64,000 nt of DNA from Acutalibacteraceae bacterium (GCA_045121655.1 JBGVGM010000044.1:2825-66824); one strand, 5' to 3'; counted from the first letter of the stretch, positions 36,709-47,940 are shown. Notes: generated by a model from the letters alone, not told the origin. Made by a program: numbers and translations.

Positions 36709-38031
36709 TCAATCAAGGAAGCCCTTGTAGTGTCTCATCATCATCTGGCTCTCAAGCTGCTTAACTGTTTCAAGTGCAACACCTACTACGATGATAAGTG
36801 ATGTACCGCCAAGTGAAAGCATAAGGGGTGAGCCGATGAGGTTTGTGAAGAGAGTAATCATATTGGGGAAGAGAGCTACAACTGAAAGAAGAAGAGCACC
36901 GAGGAGAGTAATTCTGCTGAGAATCTTCTTGATGTAATCAGCTGTGGGCTTGCCCGGACGAAGACCGGGAACCATACCGCTGTTCTTTCTGATGTTGTTA
37001 GCCATCTCAACAGGATTGTACTGAATGCTTGCATAAAAGTATGCAAAGAAGAGAATCAGTACAAAGTACATTACTGAGTAGAACCAGTGAGTTGTTGTGA
37101 ACACACCGAAGAACTTTTCCCAGAATGTGCCTGTAATCTTATCTTCGCTGAGGAACATCTGAACCGTGGGAGGTACAGAGAGGATTGATGAAGCGAAGAT
37201 AACGGGAAGAACACCTGACATATTAACCTTGATGGGAATATGTGTGCTCTGGCCGCCGTACATTTTACGTCCTACAACTCTCTTAGCGTACTGAACAGGG
37301 ATTCTTCTTTCTGCGTTGTCCATCCATACGATGAAAGCGATCATTGCAAGAAGAATGATTGCTACGATGGGAACAAGTGCATAGTAAGCGCCGCCCTGAA
37401 TGAGGTGTGCATAGAGTGTGTAAACGATTGTGGGAATTCTTGAAACAATACCTGCGAAAAGGATGATTGAAATACCGTTGCCGATACCCTTATCGTTAAC
37501 CTGTTCGCCGAGCCACATTACAAATGCTGAACCTGCTGTGAGGCAAAGGATAACTGCAAGACCCTGAAGCACTGCTGCGAAGCCTGTGAACTGGTCGCCG
37601 TTTGCATCTGTTACGATGTAGTTCTGAGCTCTGAGGTAGATGAAGTATGCTGTTGACTGTAAAAGTGCAAGAGCAATTGTTGTGTAACGTGTGATTGTTG
37701 CAATCTTCTTTCTGCCTTCTTCGCCTTCCTTTGAGAGTTTCTCAAGGTAGGGAATTGCAACAGTAAGAAGCTGAATGATAATTGAACTGTTAATGTACGG
37801 TGTGATTGACAGTGCGAAAATCGTACCGTAGGTGAAAGCATCACCTGTCATCATTGCCAGGTAGTTCATGAATGTTTCACCGTTGGGGTCAACGATACCG
37901 TCTCCGGTAATGTTTGTGAAAGGTACCGGAATAGCAGCACCGATTCTGAAAATCAATACTATAAGTGCAGTGAAGAGCATCTTCTTACGAAGATCCGCAA
38001 CCTTCCAAGCATTTATGAAAGTACTAATCAT
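36709..38031 (-). CDS. secY: Preprotein translocase subunit SecY
   Basis: ORF track, 440 aa. Ten-TM SecY sequence located between rplO and adk. Confidence 0.97.
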   Translation of the reverse strand: MISTFINAWKVADLRKKMLFTALIVLIFRIGAAIPVPFTNITGDGIVDPNGETFMNYLAMMTGDAFTYGTIFALSITPYINSSIIIQLLTVAIPYLEKLSKEGEEGRKKIATITRYTTIALALLQSTAYFIYLRAQNYIVTDANGDQFTGFAAVLQGLAVILCLTAGSAFVMWLGEQVNDKGIGNGISIILFAGIVSRIPTIVYTLYAHLIQGGAYYALVPIVAIILLAMIAFIVWMDNAERRIPVQYAKRVVGRKMYGGQSTHIPIKVNMSGVLPVIFASSILSVPPTVQMFLSEDKITGTFWEKFFGVFTTTHWFYSVMYFVLILFFAYFYASIQYNPVEMANNIRKNSGMVPGLRPGKPTADYIKKILSRITLLGALLLSVVALFPNMITLFTNLIGSPLMLSLGGTSLIIVVGVALETVKQLESQMMMRHYKGFLD

Positions 38032-38032
38032 A

Positions 38033-38476
38033 TCAGATCACCTCGGTCTTTCCGCCTGCTGCTTCAATCTTCTGCTTTGCAGATTCGCTGAAAGCGTTAG
38101 CCTGAACTGTGAGAGCCTTGCTAAGCTCACCGTGACCGAGAACTTTTACACCGTCAAGAACCTTTTTAACAAGACCCTTTTCGATGAGTGAATCAATTGT
38201 TACTGTTTCGCCAGCTTCGTAAGCCTTATCAAGAGCTGCTACATTTACGATTGCCATTTCTGTACCGAAAATGTTGTTGAAGCCTCTCTTGGGAAGTCTT
38301 CTCTGAAGGGGCATCTGACCGCCTTCAAAACCGGCGCGCATGCCTCTGCCGGCACGTGCCTTCTGACCCTTATGACCCTTACCGGCTGTTTTACCCTGAC
38401 CTGATGCAGGACCACGACCGATACGCTTACGAGCCTTTGTTGAGCCAGCTGCGGGTGAAAGTTCGTGCAATTTCAT
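38033..38476 (-). CDS. rplO: 50S ribosomal protein L15
   Basis: ORF track, 147 aa. [22 protein letters not shown]... Confidence 0.97.
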   Translation of the reverse strand: MKLHELSPAAGSTKARKRIGRGPASGQGKTAGKGHKGQKARAGRGMRAGFEGGQMPLQRRLPKRGFNNIFGTEMAIVNVAALDKAYEAGETVTIDSLIEKGLVKKVLDGVKVLGHGELSKALTVQANAFSESAKQKIEAAGGKTEVI

Positions 38477-38492
38477 ATTCGCACCTCCTCTA

Positions 38493-38672
38493 TTATGCTT
38501 CAGTGGTCTCGATAAGGTGAGAAATCTTCTTTACCTTACCCTGAGTCTGAGGATTGTTCGGCTGAACTGATACATCCCCGATTTTCTTAAGACCAAGTGA
38601 GTTGGCGGTAGCAATCTGAGCCTTGTTTGAACCGATAAGGCTTTTTACGAGCTTTACCTTAATATCTGCCAT
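38493..38672 (-). CDS. rpmD: 50S ribosomal protein L30
   Basis: Hand translation: [65 protein letters not shown] 8 nt upstream. Not in the ORF track. Confidence 0.93.
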   Translation of the reverse strand: MADIKVKLVKSLIGSNKAQIATANSLGLKKIGDVSVQPNNPQTQGKVKKISHLIETTEA

Positions 38673-38686
38673 CTTGTACGCCCTCC

Positions 38687-39187
38687 TTAACCTAAGATTT
38701 CTTTTGCGCTCTTTCCGCGAACTTCTGCAACTTCTTCAACGTTGCGAAGCTTTGAAAGACCGTCGATTGTAGCTCTTACTACGTTACAAGGATTATTTGA
38801 ACGGAGAGCCTTTGTACGGATATCCTTAATGCCTACTGTTTCAACAACAGCACGAACCGGGCCGCCGGCGATAACACCGGTACCGGGAGCAGCGGGCTTA
38901 AGGAGAACTACGCCTGCGCCGAACTTACCGATAATTTCGTGGGGAATTGTTGTTCCCTTAAGTGAAACCTTCATAAGATTCTTCTTAGCGTCTTCAATAC
39001 CCTTACGGATAGCGTCGGGAACTTCGCCTGACTTACCAAGACCGAATCCGATGATGCCGTTACCGTCACCAACAACTACGAGAGCTGAGAACTTGAAAAT
39101 TCTACCACCCTTAACTGTCTTTGATACACGGTTAATGGCTACAACACGTTCGGTAAGTTCATAAGCTGATGCGTCAATTTTTAACAT
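38687..39187 (-). CDS. rpsE: 30S ribosomal protein S5
   Basis: ORF track, 166 aa. ...[27 protein letters not shown]... Confidence 0.97.
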   Translation of the reverse strand: MLKIDASAYELTERVVAINRVSKTVKGGRIFKFSALVVVGDGNGIIGFGLGKSGEVPDAIRKGIEDAKKNLMKVSLKGTTIPHEIIGKFGAGVVLLKPAAPGTGVIAGGPVRAVVETVGIKDIRTKALRSNNPCNVVRATIDGLSKLRNVEEVAEVRGKSAKEILG

Positions 39188-39205
39188 AATTAATTTCCTC
39201 CTTGC

Positions 39206-39565
39206 TTAGAACTTCAGGCCGCCGGCACGAGCGCCTTCTGCGAGCTCCTGTACACGACCGTGATAAATGTAACCGCTTCTGTCGAATACGCATTCTTCAA
39301 TGCCCTTTTCGATAGCGCGTTTTGCTAATGTTTCGCCCACCTTGTGAGCTGCTTCTTTGTTACCGCCGTACTCAGTGAAATCCTTCTCTACTGATGATGC
39401 TGACGCAAGGGTAACACCGTTTACGTCGTCGATTAACTGAGCGTAGATGTGGCTGAGTGAACGGTAAACATTCAGACGAGGACAAGCTGCGGTACCGCTG
39501 ATCTTAGCACGTACTCTCTTTTGTCTCTTCTTTCTTGCTTTATTGCTATCTTGCTTAGAAACCAT
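39206..39565 (-). CDS. rplR: 50S ribosomal protein L18
   Basis: ORF track, 119 aa. ...[19 protein letters not shown]... Confidence 0.97.
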   Translation of the reverse strand: MVSKQDSNKARKKRQKRVRAKISGTAACPRLNVYRSLSHIYAQLIDDVNGVTLASASSVEKDFTEYGGNKEAAHKVGETLAKRAIEKGIEECVFDRSGYIYHGRVQELAEGARAGGLKF

Positions 39566-39589
39566 TTAAATGTCACTCCTTTACCAATC

Positions 39590-40132
39590 TTATTTACCCT
39601 TACCGGCTTTACCTTCTTTGCGGCGTACATATTCGTCAACGTACTTGATACCCTTGCCCTTGTAAGGTTCGGGAAGTCTCTTTTCACGAACTTCTGCTGC
39701 AAACTGGCCAACCATTTCCTTATCAGCACCGCTTACAACTATCTTGTTGGGAGCGGGAACTTCAACAGTGATGCCATCGGGCTGAGGCATAACAACGTCG
39801 TGTGAGTAACCGATCTTCATAACGAGATCCTTACCCTTCATTTCAGCACGATAACCGATACCGTTGATTTCAAGCTCTTTCTTGTAGCCGTTAGCTACGC
39901 CTTCAATCATGTTTGCGATAAGTGTACGAGTAAGACCATGAAGTGATCTGTTTTCTTTAAGATCGTTAGGACGTGTAACTGTAATTACGTTACCTTCCAT
40001 AGCGATTGTCATGTTGCTGTGCATAGTCTTGGTAAGTGTGCCCTTGGGACCCTTAACTGTAACTGTGCTGCCGTCAACTTTGACTTCAACTCCTGCGGGA
40101 ATTGTAATGGGAGCTCTACCTATTCTTGACAT
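39590..40132 (-). CDS. rplF: 50S ribosomal protein L6
   Basis: ORF track, 180 aa. [17 protein letters not shown]... Confidence 0.97.
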   Translation of the reverse strand: MSRIGRAPITIPAGVEVKVDGSTVTVKGPKGTLTKTMHSNMTIAMEGNVITVTRPNDLKENRSLHGLTRTLIANMIEGVANGYKKELEINGIGYRAEMKGKDLVMKIGYSHDVVMPQPDGITVEVPAPNKIVVSGADKEMVGQFAAEVREKRLPEPYKGKGIKYVDEYVRRKEGKAGKGK

Positions 40133-40144
40133 ATCAGCACCTCC

Positions 40145-40543
40145 TTACCAGATGAACGCAAGAACTTCACCGCCGACATTTGCCTTGCGTGCGTCCTTGT
40201 CAGTCATGATACCCTTGGGTGTTGAAAGGATTGCGATACCGAGACCCTTCATTACCTTAGGCATATCTTCACAGTTTGTGTAAATTCTTAAGCCGGGCTT
40301 TGAAACTCTTCTGAGACCGGTGATAACCTGAGTCTTACCGGGGCCGTACTTAAGCTGTACTTCCATGATACCCTGCTTACCGTCTTCTTCAACGGTGAAG
40401 CCTTTGATGTATCCTTCATCAACAAGAATCTGAGCAATTGCCTTCTTCATGTTGGATGCAGGAATCTTTACTGAGTCGTGTTTTGCTGCGTTTGCGTTAC
40501 GAATTCTCGTGAGCATATCAGCTATTGCGTCTGTTACTTGCAT
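40145..40543 (-). CDS. rpsH: 30S ribosomal protein S8
   Basis: ORF track, 132 aa. ...[13 protein letters not shown]... Confidence 0.97.
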   Translation of the reverse strand: MQVTDAIADMLTRIRNANAAKHDSVKIPASNMKKAIAQILVDEGYIKGFTVEEDGKQGIMEVQLKYGPGKTQVITGLRRVSKPGLRIYTNCEDMPKVMKGLGIAILSTPKGIMTDKDARKANVGGEVLAFIW

Positions 40544-40575
40544 TATTCCTTTACCTCCTTAAAATTTGCAATTGC

Positions 40576-40761
40576 TTACCAGCTTGCTTTCTTTACGCCG
40601 GGAATCTGTCCTGCGTGAGCCAGCTCTCTGAAGCAGATACGGCATACTCCGTATTTACGGAGATAAGCGTGGGGTCTGCCGCAGATTTTGCATCTGTTGT
40701 ATGCTCTTGTTGAGTACTTAGCAGCTCTCTGCTGCTTAACTTTCATAGCGGTTTTAGCCAT
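40576..40761 (-). CDS. rpsN: 30S ribosomal protein S14, type Z (zinc-binding, 61 aa)
   Basis: ORF track, 61 aa. [23 protein letters not shown]. Confidence 0.97.
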   Translation of the reverse strand: MAKTAMKVKQQRAAKYSTRAYNRCKICGRPHAYLRKYGVCRICFRELAHAGQIPGVKKASW

Positions 40762-40779
40762 TTTAACTTACCTCCTCAA

Positions 40780-41319
40780 TTATTTCTCGAAGGGAGCGCC
40801 CATAAGTGAAAGGAGCTCTCTTGCTTCTTCGTCTGTGTTGGCTGTGGTTACGAAGCAGATGTCCATACCACGAACCTTGTCGATCTTATCGTAGTCGATT
40901 TCAGGGAAAATAAGCTGTTCCTTGATACCAACTGAGTAGTTACCTCTGCCGTCGAAAGCGTTGGGGTTGATACCTCTGAAGTCACGAACTCTGGGGAGAG
41001 CGAGATTGAAGAATCTGTCTACAAATTCGTACATCTTTTCGCCTCTGAGTGTAACCTTAGCACCGATTACCATGCCTTCACGGAGTTTGAAGTTAGCTAC
41101 TGACTTCTTTGCCTTGCAAAGAACGGGCTGCTGACCTGTAATCTGTCTGAGATCTGAAACTACAGCGTCAAGAACCTTTGAGTTAGCGATTGCTTCGCCG
41201 CAAGCTACGTTGACAACAACCTTGTCAAGCTTAGGGATTTGCATAACGCTCTTGTAGCCAAACTTCTTCATCATCTGAGGTGCAACCTCATTGACATAGA
41301 GTTCTTTTAATCTTGCCAT
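40780..41319 (-). CDS. rplE: 50S ribosomal protein L5
   Basis: ORF track, 181 aa, trimmed to [13 protein letters not shown] is 9 nt upstream of this ATG but only 3 nt from the track start. Confidence 0.95.
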   Translation of the reverse strand: MARLKELYVNEVAPQMMKKFGYKSVMQIPKLDKVVVNVACGEAIANSKVLDAVVSDLRQITGQQPVLCKAKKSVANFKLREGMVIGAKVTLRGEKMYEFVDRFFNLALPRVRDFRGINPNAFDGRGNYSVGIKEQLIFPEIDYDKIDKVRGMDICFVTTANTDEEARELLSLMGAPFEK

Positions 41320-41337
41320 TGTCATGTTCCTCCCTTA

Positions 41338-41661
41338 TTATTCAAACTTAGCGCCGCAGTCGCTCTTCTTGCAAACGCGCATCTTCTTGCCGTTTTCAAT
41401 TACGTGACCAACTCTTGTGGGTCTGCCGCACTTGGGGCAAAGGAGCTGAACCTTACTAGCGTAAAGAGCTGCTTCTGCCTCGATGATGCCGCCTGCTTCA
41501 CCCATCTTACGGGGCTTAACGTGCTTTTTAACAACGTTAACTTTTTCTACGATAACTTTGCCTTCTGAGGGGCTAACCTGCATTACTTTACCTCTGGCAC
41601 CACGATCTTTACCGTTGATAACTACGACCTGGTCGCCTGTTTTAACATGAACTTTACTCAT
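41338..41661 (-). CDS. rplX: 50S ribosomal protein L24
   Basis: ORF track, 107 aa. KOW motif [16 protein letters not shown]. Confidence 0.97.
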   Translation of the reverse strand: MSKVHVKTGDQVVVINGKDRGARGKVMQVSPSEGKVIVEKVNVVKKHVKPRKMGEAGGIIEAEAALYASKVQLLCPKCGRPTRVGHVIENGKKMRVCKKSDCGAKFE

Positions 41662-41673
41662 CGTGACACCTCC

Positions 41674-42042
41674 TTAAAGTACTTCGGGAGCGAGTGAGAG
41701 AATCTTCATATAGTCCTTATCACGAAGCTCTCTTGCTACCGGTCCAAAGATACGAGTACCCTTGGGGTTTTTATCTTCTTTAATGATTACGGCTGCATTT
41801 TCGTCGAAACGAATGTATGTTCCGTCATCACGGCGAACGCCTGTTGCAGTACGTACAACTACTGCCTTAACAACGTCGCCCTTCTTAACAACTCCGCCAG
41901 GTGCTGCTTTCTTAACTGAAGCAACAATGACGTCGCCGATGTTAGCATATCTTCTACCTGTGCCGCCGAGAACACGAATGCACATGATTTCTTTTGCACC
42001 TGTGTTGTCAGCAACCTTAAGATAAGTCTGCTGCTGGATCAT
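41674..42042 (-). CDS. rplN: 50S ribosomal protein L14
   Basis: ORF track, 122 aa. [18 protein letters not shown]... Confidence 0.97.
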   Translation of the reverse strand: MIQQQTYLKVADNTGAKEIMCIRVLGGTGRRYANIGDVIVASVKKAAPGGVVKKGDVVKAVVVRTATGVRRDDGTYIRFDENAAVIIKEDKNPKGTRIFGPVARELRDKDYMKILSLAPEVL

Positions 42043-42070
42043 TGTGTTTGGCCTCCTTTAGCTGCACCAA

Positions 42071-42328
42071 TTATTTGGCTTTTTCAATAATTTCTACAAC
42101 GCGCCATCTCTTATCCTTTGAAAGAGGGCGTGTTTCCATAACGAGAACACGGTCACCGATGCCACACTCGTTGTTTTCGTCGTGTGCCTTAACCTTTACT
42201 GTATGGTTAACGATCTTCTTATAAAGAGGATGTCTTACCTTGTCCTTGATTGTAACGACTACAGTCTTGTCCATCTTATCGCTTGATACGATGCCTACCT
42301 GAGTCTTTCTGAGATTTCTTTCGCTCAT
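42071..42328 (-). CDS. rpsQ: 30S ribosomal protein S17
   Basis: ORF track, 85 aa. ...[14 protein letters not shown]... Confidence 0.97.
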   Translation of the reverse strand: MSERNLRKTQVGIVSSDKMDKTVVVTIKDKVRHPLYKKIVNHTVKVKAHDENNECGIGDRVLVMETRPLSKDKRWRVVEIIEKAK

Positions 42329-42344
42329 TATTCAGTCCTCCTTC

Positions 42345-42548
42345 TTAAGAATTTGAGCCGTAAAGCTCGATATCACGCTGAACTGTCTTGATTCTTGCGA
42401 TATCCTTCTTAACAGCACTGATTCTCATGGGGTTATCAAGCTGATTAACAGCCTGCTGGAAGCGAAGATTGAAAAGCTCTTTCTTAAGTTCAGCGAGCTT
42501 TGCATCCATCTCTGCGGCGGACAGTTTTCTGATTTCATTTGCTTTCAT
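42345..42548 (-). CDS. rpmC: 50S ribosomal protein L29
   Basis: ORF track, 67 aa. ...[12 protein letters not shown]... Confidence 0.95.
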   Translation of the reverse strand: MKANEIRKLSAAEMDAKLAELKKELFNLRFQQAVNQLDNPMRISAVKKDIARIKTVQRDIELYGSNS

Positions 42549-42979
42549 TACTGTACACCTTCCTTTTCCTGTTCTGCTTTAGTTACGAACTTGCACTTGA
42601 TGGGAAGCTTGTTAGCTGCAAGACGCATAGCCTCACGAGCAACTTCTTCATCAACGCCCTTAATTTCGAACATAACTCTGCCCGGCTTAACAACAGCTAC
42701 CCAATATTCGGGTGAACCTTTACCTGAACCCATTCGGGTTTCAGCAGGCTTCTGTGTGATAGGCTTGTCGGGGAAAATCTTAATCCATACCTGACCGCCA
42801 CGCTTGATGTAACGGGTCATAGCGATACGGGCTGCTTCAATCTGTCTTGAAGTGATCCATGAAGGTTCGAGAGCTACAAGACCGAAATCACCGTAAGTTA
42901 CTTTGTTGCCCTTATGAGCTGCGCCCTTAAGACGGCCACGCTGAACCTTACGTCTTTTTACACGCTTAGGTAATAACAT
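42548..42979 (-). CDS. rplP: 50S ribosomal protein L16
   Basis: ORF track, 143 aa. [19 protein letters not shown]... Confidence 0.97.
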   Translation of the reverse strand: MLLPKRVKRRKVQRGRLKGAAHKGNKVTYGDFGLVALEPSWITSRQIEAARIAMTRYIKRGGQVWIKIFPDKPITQKPAETRMGSGKGSPEYWVAVVKPGRVMFEIKGVDEEVAREAMRLAANKLPIKCKFVTKAEQEKEGVQ

Positions 42980-43683
42980 TATTTAGCTCCTCCTTCTCTG
43001 TTTTCCTTGCGGGGTCTGCGACGAGCGGGTCTTTCACGCTTCTCGTTGTTTGAAACCTGAAGAACTTCGCCTGTGTAGATCCATACCTTTACGCCGATAC
43101 GGCCGTAAGTTGTTTTTGCTTCTGCGAAACCGTAGTCAATGTCAGCACGGATTGTCTGAAGAGGAATTGTACCCTCTTTGTATGTTTCGCTTCTTGCGAT
43201 TTCAGCGCCGCCTACACGACCTGAAACCTGACACTTGATACCCTTAGCACCGAGCTTCATTGCGCGGCCGATAGCCTGCTTGAGAGCACGACGGAAAGAA
43301 ATTCTTCTTTCGAGCTGTGATGCAATGCTTTCAGCAACGAGCTGAGCGTTTACATCGGGGTTCTTGATTTCGATAATGTTGAGAGAAACTTCCTTGCCGA
43401 TCTTCTTTTCAAGAGTAGCCTTGAGCTTCTCGATTTCTGCGCCGCCGCGGCCGATAACCATACCGGGCTTTGCAACGTGAATGTTGATACGAACGCGCTT
43501 AGCTGTTCTTTCAATCTCTACCTTGGGAACTCCGGCGGGAGCAAGAGTTTCGAGGAGATATTCACGAAGTTCGTAGTCTTCTACAAGGGTGTCACCGAAG
43601 TCTGCCTTCTTAGCATACCAACGGGATTCCCAGTCTTTGATTACACCGATTCTCAGACCGGTGGGATTAATTTTCTGGCCCAT
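42979..43683 (-). CDS. rpsC: 30S ribosomal protein S3
   Basis: ORF track, 234 aa. [13 protein letters not shown]... Confidence 0.97.
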   Translation of the reverse strand: MGQKINPTGLRIGVIKDWESRWYAKKADFGDTLVEDYELREYLLETLAPAGVPKVEIERTAKRVRINIHVAKPGMVIGRGGAEIEKLKATLEKKIGKEVSLNIIEIKNPDVNAQLVAESIASQLERRISFRRALKQAIGRAMKLGAKGIKCQVSGRVGGAEIARSETYKEGTIPLQTIRADIDYGFAEAKTTYGRIGVKVWIYTGEVLQVSNNEKRERPARRRPRKENREGGAK

Positions 43684-43702
43684 GATTTAACCTCCTCCTT
43701 AC

Positions 43703-44035
43703 TTATTCCATTTCCTTGAGTACAAGGGTAATGTGAGATGTCTTTTTGTTGATGCGGAATGCTCTGCCCTGTGCTCTGGGTCTGATTCTCTTGAGAGTGG
43801 GACCCTGGCCAACGTAGCACTCTGCTACATAGAGCTTTGACATATCCATATCTTTGTTTTCTGCATTAGCCATAGCTGACTTTAAAAGCTTAGCTACAAC
43901 CTCACACGCAGCCTTAGGCGTGTATTTGAGAATTGCTGCTGCTTTTTCTGCAGGCTGATTTCTGATAAGGTCAAGAACGATCTTTACCTTACGGGGCGCA
44001 ATGCGCACAAAAGTAACTTTTGCTGTTGCTTCCAC
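43703..44035 (-). CDS. rplV: 50S ribosomal protein L22
   Basis: ORF track, 110 aa. ...[16 protein letters not shown]... Confidence 0.97.
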   Translation of the reverse strand: MEATAKVTFVRIAPRKVKIVLDLIRNQPAEKAAAILKYTPKAACEVVAKLLKSAMANAENKDMDMSKLYVAECYVGQGPTLKRIRPRAQGRAFRINKKTSHITLVLKEME

Positions 44036-44055
44036 TTTAATACACTCCTTTCGAC

Positions 44056-44337
44056 TTATTTACCGTTGTTTGAGGTTTTTGATCCGGCGTGACCTCTGAA
44101 GGTACGTGTCGGAGCAAATTCGCCGAGCTTGTGACCGATCATATCTTCTGTTACATAAACAGGAACGTGCTTACGTCCGTCATGTACTGCGAATGTGTGG
44201 CCAACGAATTCGGGGAAGATTGTGGAGCTGCGGCTCCATGTCTTAAGAACGATTTTCTCGCCCTTTTCATTCTTTTTAACGACTCTATCGTAAAGCTTAG
44301 CGTCTACGTAGAATCCTTTTTTAGTGCTTCTGCTCAT
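44056..44337 (-). CDS. rpsS: 30S ribosomal protein S19
   Basis: ORF track, 93 aa. [12 protein letters not shown]... Confidence 0.97.
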   Translation of the reverse strand: MSRSTKKGFYVDAKLYDRVVKKNEKGEKIVLKTWSRSSTIFPEFVGHTFAVHDGRKHVPVYVTEDMIGHKLGEFAPTRTFRGHAGSKTSNNGK

Positions 44338-44357
44338 TATTCTTAGCTCCTTTCCCG

Positions 44358-45191
44358 TTATTTGTCGTTACGACGCTTAACAATAAGCTTGTCTGAACGA
44401 TTCTTCTTAGCACGAGTCTTGTAGCCGAGAGCAGGCTTGCCCCAAGGTGTAACAGGGCCGGGACGACCGATAGGTGATTTACCTTCACCACCACCGTGAG
44501 GATGGTCGCAGGGGTTCATTACTGAACCACGAACTGTAGGTCTGATACCCATATGACGGGTACGGCCAGCCTTACCGATCTTCACGTTTTCGTGATCTTC
44601 ATTGCCTACAACGCCTACTGTTGCCATGCATGCTTCGGGAACTTTACGAAGTTCGCCTGAGGGAAGTCTGAGAAGAGCGTAGCCGCCTTCCTTAGCCATA
44701 AGCTGAGCTGAGTTACCAGCTGCTCTTGCAAGCTGACCGCCTCTGCCGGGATAAAGTTCTACGTTGTGTACAACTGTACCGGTGGGGATGTCTGTGAGTG
44801 CAAGTGCGTTACCAACTTTGATATCTGCTGAAGGACCTGCTTCAACGATATCGCCAACCTTAAGGCCCTGGGGAGCGATGATGTATCTCTTCTCGCCATC
44901 TTCGTACTGAAGAAGAGCGATGTGAGCTGATCTGTTGGGATCGTACTCAAGTGTGGCAACTGTTGCCTTTACATCGAACTTATCTCTCTTGAAGTCGATA
45001 ATACGATACTTTCTTCTGTTTCCGCCGCCTCTGTGACGAACGGTGATACGACCGTAGCTGTTACGACCGCTTTTCTTGTTGAGAGGAGCAAGAAGGCTTC
45101 TCTCGGGACCGCACTTTGAAAGAGCGGAATAGTCTGTAACTGACATATTACGTGTGCCGTTTGTTACAGGCTTAAATACACGAATTGACAT
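44358..45191 (-). CDS. rplB: 50S ribosomal protein L2
   Basis: ORF track, 280 aa from a GTG. I prefer the ATG giving [14 protein letters not shown] (AGGAG upstream). ...[11 protein letters not shown]... Confidence 0.95.
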   Translation of the reverse strand: MSIRVFKPVTNGTRNMSVTDYSALSKCGPERSLLAPLNKKSGRNSYGRITVRHRGGGNRRKYRIIDFKRDKFDVKATVATLEYDPNRSAHIALLQYEDGEKRYIIAPQGLKVGDIVEAGPSADIKVGNALALTDIPTGTVVHNVELYPGRGGQLARAAGNSAQLMAKEGGYALLRLPSGELRKVPEACMATVGVVGNEDHENVKIGKAGRTRHMGIRPTVRGSVMNPCDHPHGGGEGKSPIGRPGPVTPWGKPALGYKTRAKKNRSDKLIVKRRNDK

Positions 45192-45334
45192 TTTGTTCAC
45201 ACTCCTAACTGGTTTAGCGGAGGACTGTCAGAACCTCCATACATTGCCATCGGATTTGAATGGTTTTAATTTGTTTTTTTACTATATATAATAGTATGGG
45301 CTTTTTAACCGTTTTCCGCCTCAGCGGTCAAGGA

Positions 45335-45631
45335 TTAAAGTAAGCCGTCGAAGAAGTCGATTGTGTCGCTGTCTTCTGTGAGAGTTACGATAGCTTTCTT
45401 CCATGAAGCTGTGTAACCTTCGTAGCGGCCGTATCTTCTGAGGTGGCCCTTGCAGTTCATTGTGTTAACCTTCTGAACCTTAACGCCGAATACCTCTTCA
45501 ACTGCCTTAGCAATTTCTGCCTTGTTAGCGTCCTTAGCAACCTTGAATGTGTACTTCTTGAACGCTGTACCCATCATTGATTCTTCTGTGATGACGGGCT
45601 TGAGGATGATGTCATGTGATAACTTTGCCAT
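45335..45631 (-). CDS. rplW: 50S ribosomal protein L23
   Basis: ORF track, 98 aa. ...ILKPVITEESM..., KYTFKVAKDANKAEI. Confidence 0.97.
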   Translation of the reverse strand: MAKLSHDIILKPVITEESMMGTAFKKYTFKVAKDANKAEIAKAVEEVFGVKVQKVNTMNCKGHLRRYGRYEGYTASWKKAIVTLTEDSDTIDFFDGLL

Positions 45632-46254
45632 TATGCATATACCTCCTCGATTTTAGCAACTGCGTCCTTGAGAACAACGATGCTGTTGCAGTTAAGGATA
45701 TCATATACGTTGAGAGTGCTTACGAGTGTTGTCTTAACACCGGCGATGTTTCTTGCACTTCTGTAGATGATGTCGTTCTTTTCGGGAAGAACGATAAGTG
45801 TCTTCTTGCCTGTTTCGAGGTTTGAAAGAACCTTAACGATTTCCTTTGTCTTGATTGCTTCAAGTGAGAGTGAATCGAGAACGATCATCTCGTTTGCAGC
45901 AACCTTTGAAGAAAGAGCAGACTTCATAGCGAGTCTTCTTACCTTCTTGTTTACTGAGAAGCCGTATGAACGGGGCTTGGGACCGTGAGCGATACCGCCG
46001 TGGTACCACTGGGGAGCTCTTGTTGAGCCCTGTCTTGCACGACCTGTGCCCTTCTGTCTCCAGGGCTTCTTGCCGCCGCCGCTTACTTCTGAGCGTGTCA
46101 GGGTTGACTGTGTGCCCTGACGCTGATTTGCAAGATAGTTTACAACCACGAGATGCATAGCTGATGTGTTGGGTTCGATACCGAAGATACCGTCAGCGAG
46201 CATAAGGTCTGAAACTTTCTTTCCGTTTACGTCGAATACTGATACGTTAGGCAT
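45631..46254 (-). CDS. rplD: 50S ribosomal protein L4
   Basis: ORF track, 207 aa. ...[19 protein letters not shown]... Confidence 0.97.
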   Translation of the reverse strand: MPNVSVFDVNGKKVSDLMLADGIFGIEPNTSAMHLVVVNYLANQRQGTQSTLTRSEVSGGGKKPWRQKGTGRARQGSTRAPQWYHGGIAHGPKPRSYGFSVNKKVRRLAMKSALSSKVAANEMIVLDSLSLEAIKTKEIVKVLSNLETGKKTLIVLPEKNDIIYRSARNIAGVKTTLVSTLNVYDILNCNSIVVLKDAVAKIEEVYA

Positions 46255-46271
46255 TTTGTCCGGCTCCTTTC

Positions 46272-46907
46272 TTAAGCTTTCTTAACACTGTTTACTACCA
46301 TTACGATGCCCTTCTTGGGACCGGGGATTGCGCCCTTGATAGCGATGAGGTTGTTTTCTGCATCAACCTTAACAACGTCCAAATTCTGAATTGTAACTCT
46401 TTCTGCACCGAGGTGACCTGCGAGTTTCTTTCCCTTGAATACTCTTGAGGGATCGGAGCAAGCACCGAGTGAACCGGCATGTCTTGCAACAGGACCTGTA
46501 CCGTGAGTTTCCTTAAGTCTTGAGAAGTTCCATCTCTTGATAGCACCTGCTGTGCCCTTACCCTTGGTTGTGCCGACTACGTCTACCTTTTCGCCTGCTG
46601 CAAAGATGTCAGCCTTGATGATGTCGCCTACGTTAAGAGCGCTGTCGTCTTCGAGTCTGAATTCCTTGAGAATCTTCTTCGGAGCAACGTTTGCCTTGTC
46701 GAAGTGACCTTTCATAGGCTTGTTTGTTCTTGTAACCTTCATGTCGTCGAAGCCAAGCTGAACAGCGTTGTAGCCGTCGTTTTCGGTTGTCTTCTTCTGT
46801 GTTACTGTGCAAGGACCGAGTTCTACGACTGTTACGGGGATTACGTTACCCTTTTCGTCGAAGATCTGTGTCATGCCGACTTTTCTGCCGATAAGACCTT
46901 TTTTCAT
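46272..46907 (-). CDS. rplC: 50S ribosomal protein L3
   Basis: ORF track, 211 aa. [16 protein letters not shown]... Confidence 0.97.
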   Translation of the reverse strand: MKKGLIGRKVGMTQIFDEKGNVIPVTVVELGPCTVTQKKTTENDGYNAVQLGFDDMKVTRTNKPMKGHFDKANVAPKKILKEFRLEDDSALNVGDIIKADIFAAGEKVDVVGTTKGKGTAGAIKRWNFSRLKETHGTGPVARHAGSLGACSDPSRVFKGKKLAGHLGAERVTIQNLDVVKVDAENNLIAIKGAIPGPKKGIVMVVNSVKKA

Positions 46908-46996
46908 TTGTTTTTACCTCCTAATGGTTATTGGTTGCCCCTGCGGCAACTTGACCTGGTGTTCCGTCTGTTTGAATCGGGTATAGAAATCAGTTT

Positions 46997-47308
46997 TTAT
47001 CTCTTGATTTCGATTTCAACGCTTGCCGGAATTTCGAGATTTGTCAGAGCCTCTACGGTCTTGGGTGTAGGTCTGATAATGTCGATGAGTCTCTTGTGAG
47101 TTCTCTGTTCAAACTGCTCACGGCTGTCCTTATACTTATGAACAGCGCGAAGGATTGTAACAACTTCCTTTTCTGTGGGAAGAGGAATGGGACCTGAAAC
47201 AGTAGCATTTGTACGCTTAGCTGCCTCAACGATCATTTCCGCTGCCTTGTCAACAAGGTTGTGGTCATAACCCTTAAGTCTGATACGGATCTTTTCCTTT
47301 ACTGCCAT
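46997..47308 (-). CDS. rpsJ: 30S ribosomal protein S10
   Basis: ORF track, 103 aa. ...[14 protein letters not shown]... Confidence 0.97.
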   Translation of the reverse strand: MAVKEKIRIRLKGYDHNLVDKAAEMIVEAAKRTNATVSGPIPLPTEKEVVTILRAVHKYKDSREQFEQRTHKRLIDIIRPTPKTVEALTNLEIPASVEIEIKR

Positions 47309-47665
47309 TTTGTTTGCCTCCTAATAAGAATTAGTAGGGCGGTTGCTTTTTTAAATACCTTTCCGGGTGTTTGCGAACGGTTTCTTAAAAAAACCGGAAA
47401 CGCAATATTCCCGGTCACAGCTTAAAAAAGCACAGTTCACCCCTCATGACTGTTTAAGTCCTTGACGGCTCAGGAGCATACTTCTCCCGTACACCGACTG
47501 ACACTTAACGCAAGAAACAGTCGAGAAAGTGATATAGATCGCCCGGTTTTAAATCGGACATACTCCGCGGAAATTTCCTGCCTCAGAGGACAGCCACCTC
47601 CCGCATCATCGCATATCGTTTAGGTTGTGTGAAGACAGAGTTATACCCAAACCCATTTCACACGC
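47309..47665 (-). promoter_or_regulatory. Long 5' leader of the S10 operon (~355 nt, relatively GC-rich, several hairpins, no convincing ORF)
   Basis: Defined by the promoter at 47672-47700 and the rpsJ ATG at 47308. Contains stems such as GTGTGAA...TTCACAC and the terminator-like hairpin at 47387-47414. Confidence 0.45.
47387..47414 (-). terminator. Intrinsic-terminator-like attenuator inside the S10 leader
   Basis: The minus strand reads CCGGGAA-TATTGCG-TTTCCGG (7 bp, one G-U) followed by TTTTTTT, about 80 nt upstream of rpsJ. Confidence 0.5.
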
Positions 47666-47671
47666 TCGATT

Positions 47672-47700
47672 ATGATACCATACTCTTTTGTAAAAGTCAA
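47672..47700 (-). promoter_or_regulatory. S10 operon promoter
   Basis: On the minus strand: TTGACT (47700-47695), 17 nt, TATCAT (47677-47672), with TGg upstream (extended -10). Confidence 0.6.
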
Positions 47701-47860
47701 CAATTTTTTGCAAAAAAAGTTGTTCAAAACGCAGATTTTTATTTTGTTCACAAAACGCCTCTAAATGTAGTATTTATAAGGGTTTGCGGCACGAAATATT
47801 GATTTTTCAATGTGGCAGAAATATGCACAAAAAAGGGTGCGAACACGAGGAAAGGTGGAA

Positions 47861-47891
47861 AAATGCAAAATGCATAATGCAAAATGCAAAA
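47861..47891. repeat. AAAATGCA-type A-tract repeat block, copy B
   Basis: The + strand reads AATGCAAAATGCATAATGCAAAATGCAAAAT. It matches 29 of 31 positions with the minus strand of 29094-29124. Confidence 0.7.
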
Positions 47892-47940
47892 TTGCTGACG
47901 AAACGACAGAAAAAATCGTAGAGACCGGCGTCCCTACACA

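Noticed and set aside
45192-45334. An internal promoter for rplB in the rplW-rplB spacer.
   Set aside because: I could not find a -35/-10 pair with acceptable spacing on the minus strand.
47309-47665. A T-box, or a known ncRNA (RNase P, SRP, 6S, tmRNA), hidden in the long region upstream of rpsJ.
   Set aside because: No T-box sequence (AGGGTGGTACCGCG-like) is present. Nor are the RNase P (GGAAAGTCCGGGC), SRP or tmRNA signature blocks. I kept it only as an unclassified leader.
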